Shown in pieces: positions 1 to 8,707 of a stretch of DNA of 50,215 bases. Under the pieces are notes generated by a model. That model was given only the letters and a program-made list of their open reading frames with translations, was not told the origin of the DNA and ran no database searches. The number at the start of each line of letters is the position of its first letter. Position 1 is the first letter of the stretch. The position numbers and the translations under genes were made by a program. The stretch lies in NCBI GenBank assembly GCA_964482715.1, contig CAYZYX010000009.1, positions 1-50,215 on the forward strand, read 5' to 3'. Source of the stretch: an uncultured Clostridia bacterium (GTDB lineage Bacteria; Aerophobota; Aerophobia; Aerophobales; B3-G15).

Positions 1-19
1 AGCCAGTTTAAGGAGTATA

Positions 20-47
20 ATTATAACAGAAATAAGTTTTTGTTCAA
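20..47 (-). promoter_or_regulatory. sigma70-like promoter pointing out of the window (TTGAAC-16 nt-TATAAT, extended -10 TG)
   Basis: Minus strand reads TTGAAC aaaaacttatttctgt TATAAT; divergent from the pfk promoter. Confidence 0.55.
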
Positions 48-66
48 GAGAAAAATCCTGAGAGAA

Positions 67-94
67 TTGACACTGTATTTTTTTTTGTTAAAAT
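67..94 (+). promoter_or_regulatory. sigma70-like promoter of pfk (TTGACA-16 nt-TAAAAT, extended -10 TG)
   Basis: TTGACA at 67-72, TG-T-TAAAAT at 86-94; SD GGGAGG at 118-123 before ATG 134. Confidence 0.65.
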
Positions 95-133
95 CGGCAA
101 AAAAATAAAAAAATAAAGGGAGGTAAGTCAATA

Positions 134-1183
134 ATGCGTGTCGGTATGTTGACAGGTGGAGGAGACTGTCCTGGATTAAATGCAGTGATTAGGGCCGTCG
201 TTATTCAAGGGAAAAAAGAGGGATGGGACATTCTGGGGTTCAAGGATGGTTGGGCAGGAGTGATTGAAAATAGATGGGAAGAACTTGATGAGCAGAAGGT
301 AAAGGATATACATCGGGAAGGTGGAACTATACTCCATACTTCTCGCACCAATCCCTTTAAGGAAGAAAAGGGAATTGAAAGGATTAAAGAAACACTGGAG
401 AAAAATAAAATAGATTGTCTTGTTGCTATAGGGGGAGATGACACACTGGGTGTAGCCTACCGGTTATATGAAGAAGAGGGTATAAAAACAATTGGAGTTC
501 CAAAAACAATTGATAATGATTTATCTGCTACCGATTACACATTTGGGTTTGATACAGCGGTAAACATAGCTGTTGAAGCCATGGATAGACTGCATACAAC
601 CGCCAGGTCCCATCATCGAGTTATCGTGGTAGAAATTATGGGAAGACATACCGGGTGGATCGCCCTCCAGGCAGGCGTTGGAGGAGGAGCTCACATAATT
701 CTCATTCCTGAAGTTCCTTTTGATATTGATCAGGTGTGCGAAATCCTGAAAAAAAGATACCAGCAGGGAAAAACCTACAGTATTGTGGCAGTTGCTGAAG
801 GTGCAAAAGCAGCTAAGGGAAGTAAATTTTTAACCAGAGAGGTCGTAAAAGAAGAAAAAACTGATGCTTTTGGCAACATAATCTTAGGAGGAATTGGTCG
901 GGTTCTGGAGAAAGAAATTGGAAAAAGAACCGGCTTTGAGACAAGATCGGTGACTTTGGGACACGTTCAGAGAGGAGGAAGACCTTCTGCTTTTGACCGT
1001 TTTTTAGCCACACGATTTGGCGTGAAAGCTGTCCAGATGATCAAAGAAGGCAAATTTGGACAAACTGCTGCACTAAAGGGTACAGAGATCATTTCGGTGC
1101 CTCTAAAAGAAGCAGTAGGAAAGAGGAAGGAAGTTCCTCGTGAGCTTTATGAGGAAACAGTAGTTCCTTTCCTGGGTATGTAG
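134..1183 (+). CDS. pfkA: 6-phosphofructokinase, PfkA family group III, probably PPi-dependent
   Basis: TGGGDCPGLN, GGT, GGDDT, PKTIDND, MGR and LGHVQRGG motifs. Confidence 0.93.
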   Translation: MRVGMLTGGGDCPGLNAVIRAVVIQGKKEGWDILGFKDGWAGVIENRWEELDEQKVKDIHREGGTILHTSRTNPFKEEKGIERIKETLEKNKIDCLVAIGGDDTLGVAYRLYEEEGIKTIGVPKTIDNDLSATDYTFGFDTAVNIAVEAMDRLHTTARSHHRVIVVEIMGRHTGWIALQAGVGGGAHIILIPEVPFDIDQVCEILKKRYQQGKTYSIVAVAEGAKAAKGSKFLTREVVKEEKTDAFGNIILGGIGRVLEKEIGKRTGFETRSVTLGHVQRGGRPSAFDRFLATRFGVKAVQMIKEGKFGQTAALKGTEIISVPLKEAVGKRKEVPRELYEETVVPFLGM

Positions 1184-1194
1184 TTATTTATGTG

Positions 1195-1235
1195 AAATGA
1201 GAAAAGGGGTCAATATTCCACCCCTTTTCTCATTT
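1195..1235. terminator. perfect 16-bp inverted repeat, probable bidirectional terminator between convergent pfk and cobO
   Basis: AAATGAGAAAAGGGGT (1195-1210), 9-nt loop, ACCCCTTTTCTCATTT (1220-1235), T-rich continuation on +. Confidence 0.7.
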
Positions 1236-1746
1236 TTGTTCCTTTATCATAAGGATGCTTGATCTTCTTCATTTCAGTTACAAGATCCGCCTGTGATAGT
1301 ATTTCAGGAGATGCCTCCCGCCCGGTTAAAATAACCTCCAGAAAGTCGGGTTTATTCCTCAACCAGCTTAGAAATTTTTCTCTATCAATTAGCCTTGATT
1401 TGAGAGCTACATTTATTTCATCAAAGATTACTAAATCGTAGTGATAATTTCTAATTTTTTCGGTTATTTTATGTAAAAAAGATTCGCTTTCTTTTTGAAT
1501 GGTGTGGATATCTCTTAAAGGAATACCGGCAATCATTTTCTTGCCGTATTCACCACCCCAAACCACAACTTCTATTCCCAATTTCTTCAGAACGGGAATT
1601 TCCCCAGATCGTCCATCCTTTAACCACTGGACAATCATAACTTTAAATCCCCTGCCCAAAGCTCTAATTGCCTGTCCAACTGCTGCAGTTGTTTTACCTT
1701 TACCATCACCAGTGTATACCTGTATTAATCCTTTTCTCTCATTCAC
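1210..1746 (-). CDS. cobO: cob(I)alamin adenosyltransferase, CobO/BtuR family
   Basis: GLIQVYTGDGKGKTTAA P-loop, DEIN, EVILTGR, KHPYDKG...KGVEY. Confidence 0.92.
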   Translation of the reverse strand: MNERKGLIQVYTGDGKGKTTAAVGQAIRALGRGFKVMIVQWLKDGRSGEIPVLKKLGIEVVVWGGEYGKKMIAGIPLRDIHTIQKESESFLHKITEKIRNYHYDLVIFDEINVALKSRLIDREKFLSWLRNKPDFLEVILTGREASPEILSQADLVTEMKKIKHPYDKGTKMRKGVEY

Positions 1747-1753
1747 AATCTTT

Positions 1754-3046
1754 TTATCCAGCTATATGTACTTTTTTAAAATAAAAGGGAGGGGTAAAGA
1801 TAGACCCGGAAAACTCAGGCTTTTTCCCAATTGCTACAACGTTCCTTAAGAGATCGTAAGCATTACCACTTGCCATAACGTTTTTTAATCTTCCCTTAAT
1901 TTTACCATTTACAACTTTAAATCCTAAATCTAAATTCACTGAGAATTCTCCCATTAAAACATTACTCTGGCCAGCTCCTATTACCTGATCAACAATTACT
2001 CCTTCTCTTATGTCCTCGACCATTTCTTCAAAAGAGACCTTTCCGGGTGAAACAATGAGGTTAGTGGTAGAAGGAGAAGGTAAACAGTCATATTCTCTTA
2101 AACCGTTTGCAGTTGTCTGAGTCTGCATTAATCCAGCTGTCTGGAGATCGTATAGAAAATTTTTTAAAACACCCTTTTCAATTACCTTGTTTTGACGAGA
2201 AGGTATCCCTTCTCCATCAATGGGACTGGAAGCCCTACCGTAGGGAAAGGTAGCATCGTCTACAATAGTAACTTCAGGTGACAGGATAGGCTCATTTAAT
2301 TTGAAAGAAAGCGGGGATACCTTTTTATAAACCAGTTTCCCGTTAATCCCTCTTTTCAACGAGGATAGAACAAGAGGCATGGCTTTGGAGGTAAAAATAA
2401 CAGGGTATAATCCACTGTCTATGGAAACCCTTTTTTGAGCAAGTTTTATTTTCTCGATTATTTTTTCTACCAGGGAAATAGTCCACTCATGATACTTACA
2501 GCTTACCCCTTCCTCTTCTATTCCTAAAAAATCACCTTCCTTAACTGAAAAAGCGTAAACAAAAAACGCATAGATACTTTTTTTATACGTAAAATTAAGT
2601 CCGGAACTGTTCAAAATAGTTGTTTTACTGAGAGTTTTGTTTATCTCTACCTCACACTGAAAAGAAGGAAATTCCTGGGTTATAATGCGTACAACTTCTT
2701 CTCCCTCTTCTATCATCTTTTCCACTCCTGTGGAATCGACAGCAAAGTCGAAACATTCCACCCGTGGAATTTCAGAAGCCCGAGGAAATTTAAAGCAGGC
2801 ATTCTGACCGAAAACACTGGCTGCCAGAGCTGAATTTACCAGAAATTTCACATCTTCAGCATTGGTAATACTGGAAAAGCCTATCTTGCCGTTTTTTATA
2901 ACCCGAAGTCCAGTTCCTTCTCCAACTGAACAATCAACTGCTTTCAGGCGATTAGCCTGAAAACTGACTGTTGTATTTTGAAACTCCTCATGATAAACTT
3001 CAGCTTCTTCTGCTTTGGAAAGAGCCATCTCCAGAATCTCTTCCAC
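1754..3046 (-). CDS. pmbA: TldE/PmbA family protein
   Basis: GLRVIKNGKIGFS, DGEG, NFLYD, G-DFS-like GEFSVN; no HExxxH; adjacent to tldD. Confidence 0.85.
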   Translation of the reverse strand: MEEILEMALSKAEEAEVYHEEFQNTTVSFQANRLKAVDCSVGEGTGLRVIKNGKIGFSSITNAEDVKFLVNSALAASVFGQNACFKFPRASEIPRVECFDFAVDSTGVEKMIEEGEEVVRIITQEFPSFQCEVEINKTLSKTTILNSSGLNFTYKKSIYAFFVYAFSVKEGDFLGIEEEGVSCKYHEWTISLVEKIIEKIKLAQKRVSIDSGLYPVIFTSKAMPLVLSSLKRGINGKLVYKKVSPLSFKLNEPILSPEVTIVDDATFPYGRASSPIDGEGIPSRQNKVIEKGVLKNFLYDLQTAGLMQTQTTANGLREYDCLPSPSTTNLIVSPGKVSFEEMVEDIREGVIVDQVIGAGQSNVLMGEFSVNLDLGFKVVNGKIKGRLKNVMASGNAYDLLRNVVAIGKKPEFSGSIFTPPFYFKKVHIAG

Positions 3047-4407
3047 TACTTTCCTCCCACTATCAATTCTTTTATTCGGATATGGGGACCCCCTGTGGCT
3101 ACCGGTAGAGGAGACTGGTCACCTTTACCGCATCCACCAGGACCACTAAATAAAACCAGATCATTTCCCACAGCATCAATTTGTGAGAGAGTGGTAAAGA
3201 TGTTACCGGTCAAGTTAAAATCGCGTACTTTTCTGGTTAATTTACCATTCTTTATCAAATAGCCTTCTTCAGGAGCAAAGGTAAACATTTCCAGATTGGT
3301 CTGTCCTCCACGGAATCCGCACGCATATATCCCTTCTTTAACCTCAGCAATCATTTCTTCTTTATCTTTATCTCCACCTTCAATATAGGTATTGCTCATT
3401 CTAACTATAGGTGGGTATTCATAACTTATGGCCCTGGCATTTCCGGTTGGCTCCTCACCCATCTTAGCAGCCGTCTCTCTGGAATGAAGCCTTCCGGTTA
3501 ACTTTCCTTCCTTGATCAGATAAGTTTTTTTGGCTGGAACCCCTTCGTCATCGTACAGGTAAAATCCTCCAGCACCTCTAATCAGAGGTTCATCTATAAT
3601 ATTAAGTACATTCCCACCAAACCTGCGGCCTAACTTCATAATTTGAAGCAAACGTTCATTTTCATAAAGAAAATCAGCTTCAGAAAGATGGCCAAAAGCT
3701 TCGTGAGCAAAAACACCACTTAGTTTGGGATCAACGATTACTGTGTATCTTCCCCCGGAAAGTGGCTCGGCATCAAGTAACTCCAGAGCCCTCCTGGTGG
3801 CTCTTTCTGCTTTTTCTTCCAGATTTTCTACAATTTCATATCCACCCACACCTCCTACTCCTTCGTGGGCGGATTGAATATTACCTCCTCGACGAGCTAT
3901 TGAGGTCATTCCTAAAACAACATAGAACCATTCCTGTTCTATATATGTTCCTTCCGTATTGGCATAGTACTTGATAGTATGAATGTCTGCGTACCTCAGG
4001 TCAGAGGTCTGGATTTCTGATCCAGATAGCAAAATATGATTGTAACGCGAACAAAGGTTGTATTTTTCTTCAAGATCAACTTTACGGGGATCTTTCCCTG
4101 TTATTTCTCGAACTACCTCAACTCGAGGAGGCACAGGAGCTAATTTGATGGGACCATTCTTGGCAAACCTTGAATACTTAATTGCCTCAGATAAATAGGT
4201 GGGAAGATTCTCAATCTGGTTAAAGGAAAAAAAACTCCATCCAGCTTTTCCCTTTACTCTTATGTTGCCTCCTCTTTCAACAGAAGTTCCTATAGATTCA
4301 AGTTCCTTACCGACGAAGTGAACTTGAGTGGAGGTAACCTCTTCATATCTTATTTCGGCATATTCTGCGTTTATCTTACTAAGGATAGAAACAAGATGAG
4401 ACTTCAT
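3046..4407 (-). CDS. tldD: TldD metalloprotease
   Basis: HEAFGH metal motif, DDEG, PIVRMSNTY, GCGKGDQ, GGPH. Confidence 0.9.
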   Translation of the reverse strand: MKSHLVSILSKINAEYAEIRYEEVTSTQVHFVGKELESIGTSVERGGNIRVKGKAGWSFFSFNQIENLPTYLSEAIKYSRFAKNGPIKLAPVPPRVEVVREITGKDPRKVDLEEKYNLCSRYNHILLSGSEIQTSDLRYADIHTIKYYANTEGTYIEQEWFYVVLGMTSIARRGGNIQSAHEGVGGVGGYEIVENLEEKAERATRRALELLDAEPLSGGRYTVIVDPKLSGVFAHEAFGHLSEADFLYENERLLQIMKLGRRFGGNVLNIIDEPLIRGAGGFYLYDDEGVPAKKTYLIKEGKLTGRLHSRETAAKMGEEPTGNARAISYEYPPIVRMSNTYIEGGDKDKEEMIAEVKEGIYACGFRGGQTNLEMFTFAPEEGYLIKNGKLTRKVRDFNLTGNIFTTLSQIDAVGNDLVLFSGPGGCGKGDQSPLPVATGGPHIRIKELIVGGK

Positions 4408-5156
4408 GAGGAACTGACCTTTTCCATTATCTCATCAGAAATATCAAAATTAGCATACACGTTCTGCACTTCATCCGTATCTTCCAGTGCATCCATTAGC
4501 TTTAACATCTGGATAGCTTCTTTTTCCTCTAACGGAACAGTGGTCTGGGGAATCATGGTTAATTGTATCAAATCAGGTTCCATTCCTGATTCTTTAACCT
4601 TATTTTTGACCACTCCAAACTTTTCCGGTGAAAAAATAACCTCCACCACATCCTTATCTTCACGTACATCATCAGCTCCTATTTCAATGGCCAGTTCCAT
4701 GATCTTATCTTCATCTACCTTCTTTTTATCAAAAATCATGGAGCCTTTTCTCTCAAAAAGCCAACTTACACAACCTGCCTCACCCATATGACCCCCGTTG
4801 CTTGACAAAACATGTCTTATTTCAGCTATGGCTCTTTTTTTATTATCAGTCACCGCTTCAATTAATAAGGCTACTCCTCCCGGACCGTATCCTTCACAGG
4901 TTATCTGTTCATAGCTCACTCCCGGAAGTTCCCCTGTTCCTCTTTGAATGGCCCTTTGAATACTCTCCTTAGACATCCCGGCTTCCTGAGCCTGTTCTAC
5001 TACCATACGCAAGGCGGGATTTTTTTCAATATCTCCCCCACCCTGTCTTGCCTCCACCATTAACTTACGAGCAAGTTTGCTGAACAGTCTTCCTTTTTGT
5101 GCATCCTTTTGAGCTTTTCTATGTTTAATATTAGCCCATTTTGAATGTCCTGACAT
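4404..5156 (-). CDS. yebC: YebC/PmpR family protein
   Basis: MSGHSKWANIKHRK, EGYGPGG, TDNKKR, VQNVYAN. Confidence 0.95.
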   Translation of the reverse strand: MSGHSKWANIKHRKAQKDAQKGRLFSKLARKLMVEARQGGGDIEKNPALRMVVEQAQEAGMSKESIQRAIQRGTGELPGVSYEQITCEGYGPGGVALLIEAVTDNKKRAIAEIRHVLSSNGGHMGEAGCVSWLFERKGSMIFDKKKVDEDKIMELAIEIGADDVREDKDVVEVIFSPEKFGVVKNKVKESGMEPDLIQLTMIPQTTVPLEEKEAIQMLKLMDALEDTDEVQNVYANFDISDEIMEKVSSS

Positions 5157-5186
5157 TCTAATTCACCCCCATTTTTCTTTAGAGTA

Positions 5187-5214
5187 AATTTAATAAAAAA
5201 AGGGCTTATGTCAA
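5187..5214 (-). promoter_or_regulatory. candidate promoter of yebC-tldD-pmbA-cobO (TTGACA-16 nt-TAAATT)
   Basis: TTGACA overlaps the last codons of the radical SAM gene; SD GGGGGTGA before yebC. Confidence 0.5.
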
Positions 5215-6132
5215 TGAGTAATAGTACCTTTTTCCCTCGTAAATTCTGAAACTGACAAGACGTCTTTCGATAAGAGACTCAATATATTTTATTACTTCGT
5301 TTCGGTGAATCCCCAGGGAGATGGCTATGTCTTCAATGGTTACAGGTCTTCTTTTAACCATGTTATGAATCATAATCTCAATATTTTGCTGAAAAGCCTT
5401 TTGTTTTTTTCGCTGGATTTTGGCAATGACTTCACAATTTTTTCCAAAAAATGAACATATTTTTCTTAAATCTTCTTCATCAAGTGGAAAAACAAAGTCT
5501 TCCGCTGGTGGACGAACCGGGGTATTTAATTGAATCTTTTCTACCTTTATTTTCCGTATGACCTCAGTGAGTTTTTGCAGGTGCGACGGTGAATCGTTTA
5601 TCCCTTTCACCAGCATAACCTCCAGCCATATCTTACCTTTAAAATTTCTTGAAAACTCAGCCATACCTGATATAACCTCATGGATCTTAAGAGAGGGGTG
5701 AGGACGATTAACTCGAGTAAAGGTATCCTCATCTGCTGCATCAAGAGAAGGAATAACCAGATCGGCTTTTTTTAATTCTTCCTGAACCTCGGGAAGATAA
5801 AGAAGTGTCCCGTTGGTCAGGACTGCAACAGGAAGAGATGTAATCTTTTTTATTTCTTCAATCATCTGGCCTATTCTTGAATTTAAGGTGGGTTCACCCG
5901 AACCCGAAAAAGTTATATAATCGATTCTTTTCTGGCTGTTTATATTCCTTTTTATCTCATCTAAAATCTCTTTCACAGAAAAAAAATCTTTTCTCTGGTT
6001 AGTCTTTACTGTCGTCCTTCCAAGCTGACAGTAGATGCAATCAAGAGTACAGGTTTTAAAAGGAACAACATCAATGCCCAAGGAAAAACCCAGTCGTCTT
6101 GAGGGAACCGGTCCAAATACGTTGCTCTTCAT
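5206..6132 (-). CDS. radical SAM Fe-S oxidoreductase (TYW1/COG0731-like) with probable C-terminal HTH
   Basis: FGPVPSRRLGFSLG, CTLDCIYC (CxxxCxxC), GSGEPT, TNG. Confidence 0.85.
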   Translation of the reverse strand: MKSNVFGPVPSRRLGFSLGIDVVPFKTCTLDCIYCQLGRTTVKTNQRKDFFSVKEILDEIKRNINSQKRIDYITFSGSGEPTLNSRIGQMIEEIKKITSLPVAVLTNGTLLYLPEVQEELKKADLVIPSLDAADEDTFTRVNRPHPSLKIHEVISGMAEFSRNFKGKIWLEVMLVKGINDSPSHLQKLTEVIRKIKVEKIQLNTPVRPPAEDFVFPLDEEDLRKICSFFGKNCEVIAKIQRKKQKAFQQNIEIMIHNMVKRRPVTIEDIAISLGIHRNEVIKYIESLIERRLVSFRIYEGKRYYYSLT

Positions 6133-6152
6133 TGTTGATCTCCATTTATTTG

Positions 6153-7274
6153 TTAGAGAGAATACCTGACCTGCTTTGTTAGATCAACCATTAATTGAGA
6201 AATATCTTCTTTTTTCTTAACAGTTATAACCAGTACCCCAAATTCTTGCATATCTCTTCCCACCTTTGTTTCTTTTCCAATTTGAATGAAAGATACATAA
6301 TGAGGTCTTATAATTTCCTCCATTTCGAATTTAATCTTTTCCCAGTTGTATATCTCTCCGTCAGAAAGAACAATAACCAAACAAGGGTCTCGCGACAGTT
6401 CCTTTCTCAAAATTTCCACGTCAATTTCAGTCCCTCCAAATTGAGGTGTTAAAGCATGTTTTTTTAATTGAAATATTTCCTGATAAGTCTTCCATCCACT
6501 GGCCCTGGTAGTATCTGAGAAATTTATAACATTCCATAAAATAGAAGAAGCTATACCTTCGGCTTCCAGATATTTAATAATTCCATACAAACCAAGCAAG
6601 GCATAGTGATAACCACTGTTTTCACCCCAGGGAATACCCGTATGGTAACCCCCATCTCTCATCGAACCAGAGGTATCAATAAGCAGACATATGTCAGGAA
6701 AGCTCCTCCTTCCGATTTTACAGGGAACATTAATATAATAATGATGGTCTGCTACCTGGAAATTGATGCATTTTTTAAGTTCATTTTTAAAGGGACTGTT
6801 AAAGTCCACACTCATTCTTTTGAAATTCACCCGGTTTATTTCATGGCTGTCAGGATCATAATTTTCATAGCCATAATCAACAACAGGAAAACTTAAAGAG
6901 GTCCTGTTTAGCCTTGTCTTAATATGAACTTCTGGAGCCAAATTTTCGTAAAACGAGTCTAAATTTTCATAGGAAGTGGTATAACCGAAAAATCCAGCTT
7001 TTCCTGCCCTGCTGGAAGTAATATACAAAATAGGAATAACGCTTTTCTGTCTCGATTGCTCATATTTTTGTCTTTGAATTATTCTGATAATTTCTAATAT
7101 TATTCGTTGCTCAATATCACTTTTTTCCTGCGGGAAGGAAAATTTAGTTGAACCTGGCTGATGAATACTTTTTACAGATTGAGTTTCCTTTTCTTGATCC
7201 TTTTTTAAAGGGAGTCTCCAGGGAAGTTTATTCAAGGGAACTTCAAAGAATTTTTTATATTTTCCTATTCTCAT
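6153..7274 (-). CDS. von Willebrand factor A domain protein, partner of the MoxR ATPase
   Basis: MIDAS DTSGS...GGT...SDG; 4-nt ATGA overlap with the upstream AAA+ gene. Confidence 0.8.
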   Translation of the reverse strand: MRIGKYKKFFEVPLNKLPWRLPLKKDQEKETQSVKSIHQPGSTKFSFPQEKSDIEQRIILEIIRIIQRQKYEQSRQKSVIPILYITSSRAGKAGFFGYTTSYENLDSFYENLAPEVHIKTRLNRTSLSFPVVDYGYENYDPDSHEINRVNFKRMSVDFNSPFKNELKKCINFQVADHHYYINVPCKIGRRSFPDICLLIDTSGSMRDGGYHTGIPWGENSGYHYALLGLYGIIKYLEAEGIASSILWNVINFSDTTRASGWKTYQEIFQLKKHALTPQFGGTEIDVEILRKELSRDPCLVIVLSDGEIYNWEKIKFEMEEIIRPHYVSFIQIGKETKVGRDMQEFGVLVITVKKKEDISQLMVDLTKQVRYSL

Positions 7275-8578
7275 TTCAGAGCTCTTAAAAAGGGATAGTT
7301 CTCTGTTATTTTTTCATTTTTCAACTCTTGAAGCAGGTGAGGTATCTTTTTCCCCACCAGATTTATTTCTTCCAAAACTTCAGTAAAAAATCTCCATTCT
7401 CCCGTAAAACGTCCCCTAATATCATCATTCAGTTTACCTTTCAAAGCAAAATTCAAAGCTACTTTAGCTTCCTCCTTTTTCTCCAGGAATTTTCTCTGAA
7501 TTCTGTCCACCAGTTCATTTAAAGCTAAGTTAGGATTGCTAAAATAAAAATTTCTTACCCATACAAGATCCAAAATTCCTGCATAAGGAGTAGCCAATCT
7601 AAATGCTTCCAGTATCTCCCGGTAGGTAACCTTTCCTTCACCCTTTCCGACTTTAGCGTCAGCCATTAGTCTCAAAGCAGGGGCTAAGGCAGCTATAGCT
7701 TCAGCTGTTCGCTCAGAAACAGGACGGACATACCCGCAACTTTCCTCCTTCAATCTCATGCAATTTCGCTGCTTGCATACGGCAGGAATGGCATAAGAGA
7801 TTATTCTTTTACTTCCCTTGATAATACAAAAATCAAGTCCTCTTTTTAGATAAAGAAGAGCAACGTATGCATCAACATCAAAACACTTCTCTCTCATTTT
7901 AGTAAGTTCTTTATTTATTTCAATTATTTCCTGAGTGTGATCTTCTGCTCGAGGACGAACCAATTTAGGGTTTTTTCCCGAGGGGGAGGTTATTATCTCC
8001 AGATCGTCTCTGGCTCTGGTAGGATAATGGTCAATATTAAGAACTAAAGAGAATCGATCCAGGATAGCATCATCCATCTCAAAAGTTCCTCCATATCGTT
8101 CATTTTTGACATTAGCTGAAGCTATGGTGATATGGAAACCATCTCCAAGAGTTATTGGTCTTCCCTCGTATTCGATATATCCATCACACATGTGAAAAAA
8201 TTCGTTTTGAACTATTGGTGGAGTACGGTTTATCTCGTCAATTTGAGTTAGAGGCGCCTTAACTTCAGCAGAAAGTTCTTTTTTTAGTTCCTTAATGTTA
8301 AAAAGTTCATAAAGTTCTCTGGTTTTCATGTCCGGTCTTGCTCTAATATAAGTTCCTCGGCCACCAAAAAGACTCTTATTAATATCCTCCATTAATTGGG
8401 TTTTCCCCTCACCTCTTTCTCCCACCAGTAAAATGTTTAGCTCGCCAATTATGGCTGCCTTAACCACATCCTCAACAGAAAGACTTACTCCATTTATGTG
8501 CAAAACGGGAGTTGAATTTCTATATACTGGAAACCTGGGTAATTTCTGAACCATTTCCAGAAGTTTTTGATATTTCAT
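7271..8578 (-). CDS. divergent MoxR-like AAA+ ATPase
   Basis: Walker A GERGEGKT, Walker B IDEINR, sensor ASAN, GTF...ILDRF; Cys4 insertion; SD GAGGAG. Confidence 0.82.
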   Translation of the reverse strand: MKYQKLLEMVQKLPRFPVYRNSTPVLHINGVSLSVEDVVKAAIIGELNILLVGERGEGKTQLMEDINKSLFGGRGTYIRARPDMKTRELYELFNIKELKKELSAEVKAPLTQIDEINRTPPIVQNEFFHMCDGYIEYEGRPITLGDGFHITIASANVKNERYGGTFEMDDAILDRFSLVLNIDHYPTRARDDLEIITSPSGKNPKLVRPRAEDHTQEIIEINKELTKMREKCFDVDAYVALLYLKRGLDFCIIKGSKRIISYAIPAVCKQRNCMRLKEESCGYVRPVSERTAEAIAALAPALRLMADAKVGKGEGKVTYREILEAFRLATPYAGILDLVWVRNFYFSNPNLALNELVDRIQRKFLEKKEEAKVALNFALKGKLNDDIRGRFTGEWRFFTEVLEEINLVGKKIPHLLQELKNEKITENYPFLRALK

Positions 8579-8613
8579 ATAGTTATCTCCTCAAATTAAT
8601 AACTCCATCTATA

Positions 8614-8641
8614 AAAGTAGCATTTTTTTACCCTTTGTCAA
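8614..8641 (-). promoter_or_regulatory. candidate promoter of the moxR-vwa-radical SAM unit (TTGACA-16 nt-TACTTT, extended -10 TG)
   Basis: Minus strand TTGACA aagggtaaaaaaatgc TACTTT. Confidence 0.55.
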
Positions 8642-8707
8642 AAGACAAACAAGATAGCTTACCTGCAGATTTTTAAGAGTTGGAGGCTTTAGAGGTAAGG
8701 CTTTTCC

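Noticed and set aside
1754..8578. RiPP-like cluster (TldD/E plus radical SAM plus AAA+)
   Set aside because: No precursor peptide, YcaO, RRE or SPASM domain seen, and a separate candidate promoter precedes yebC
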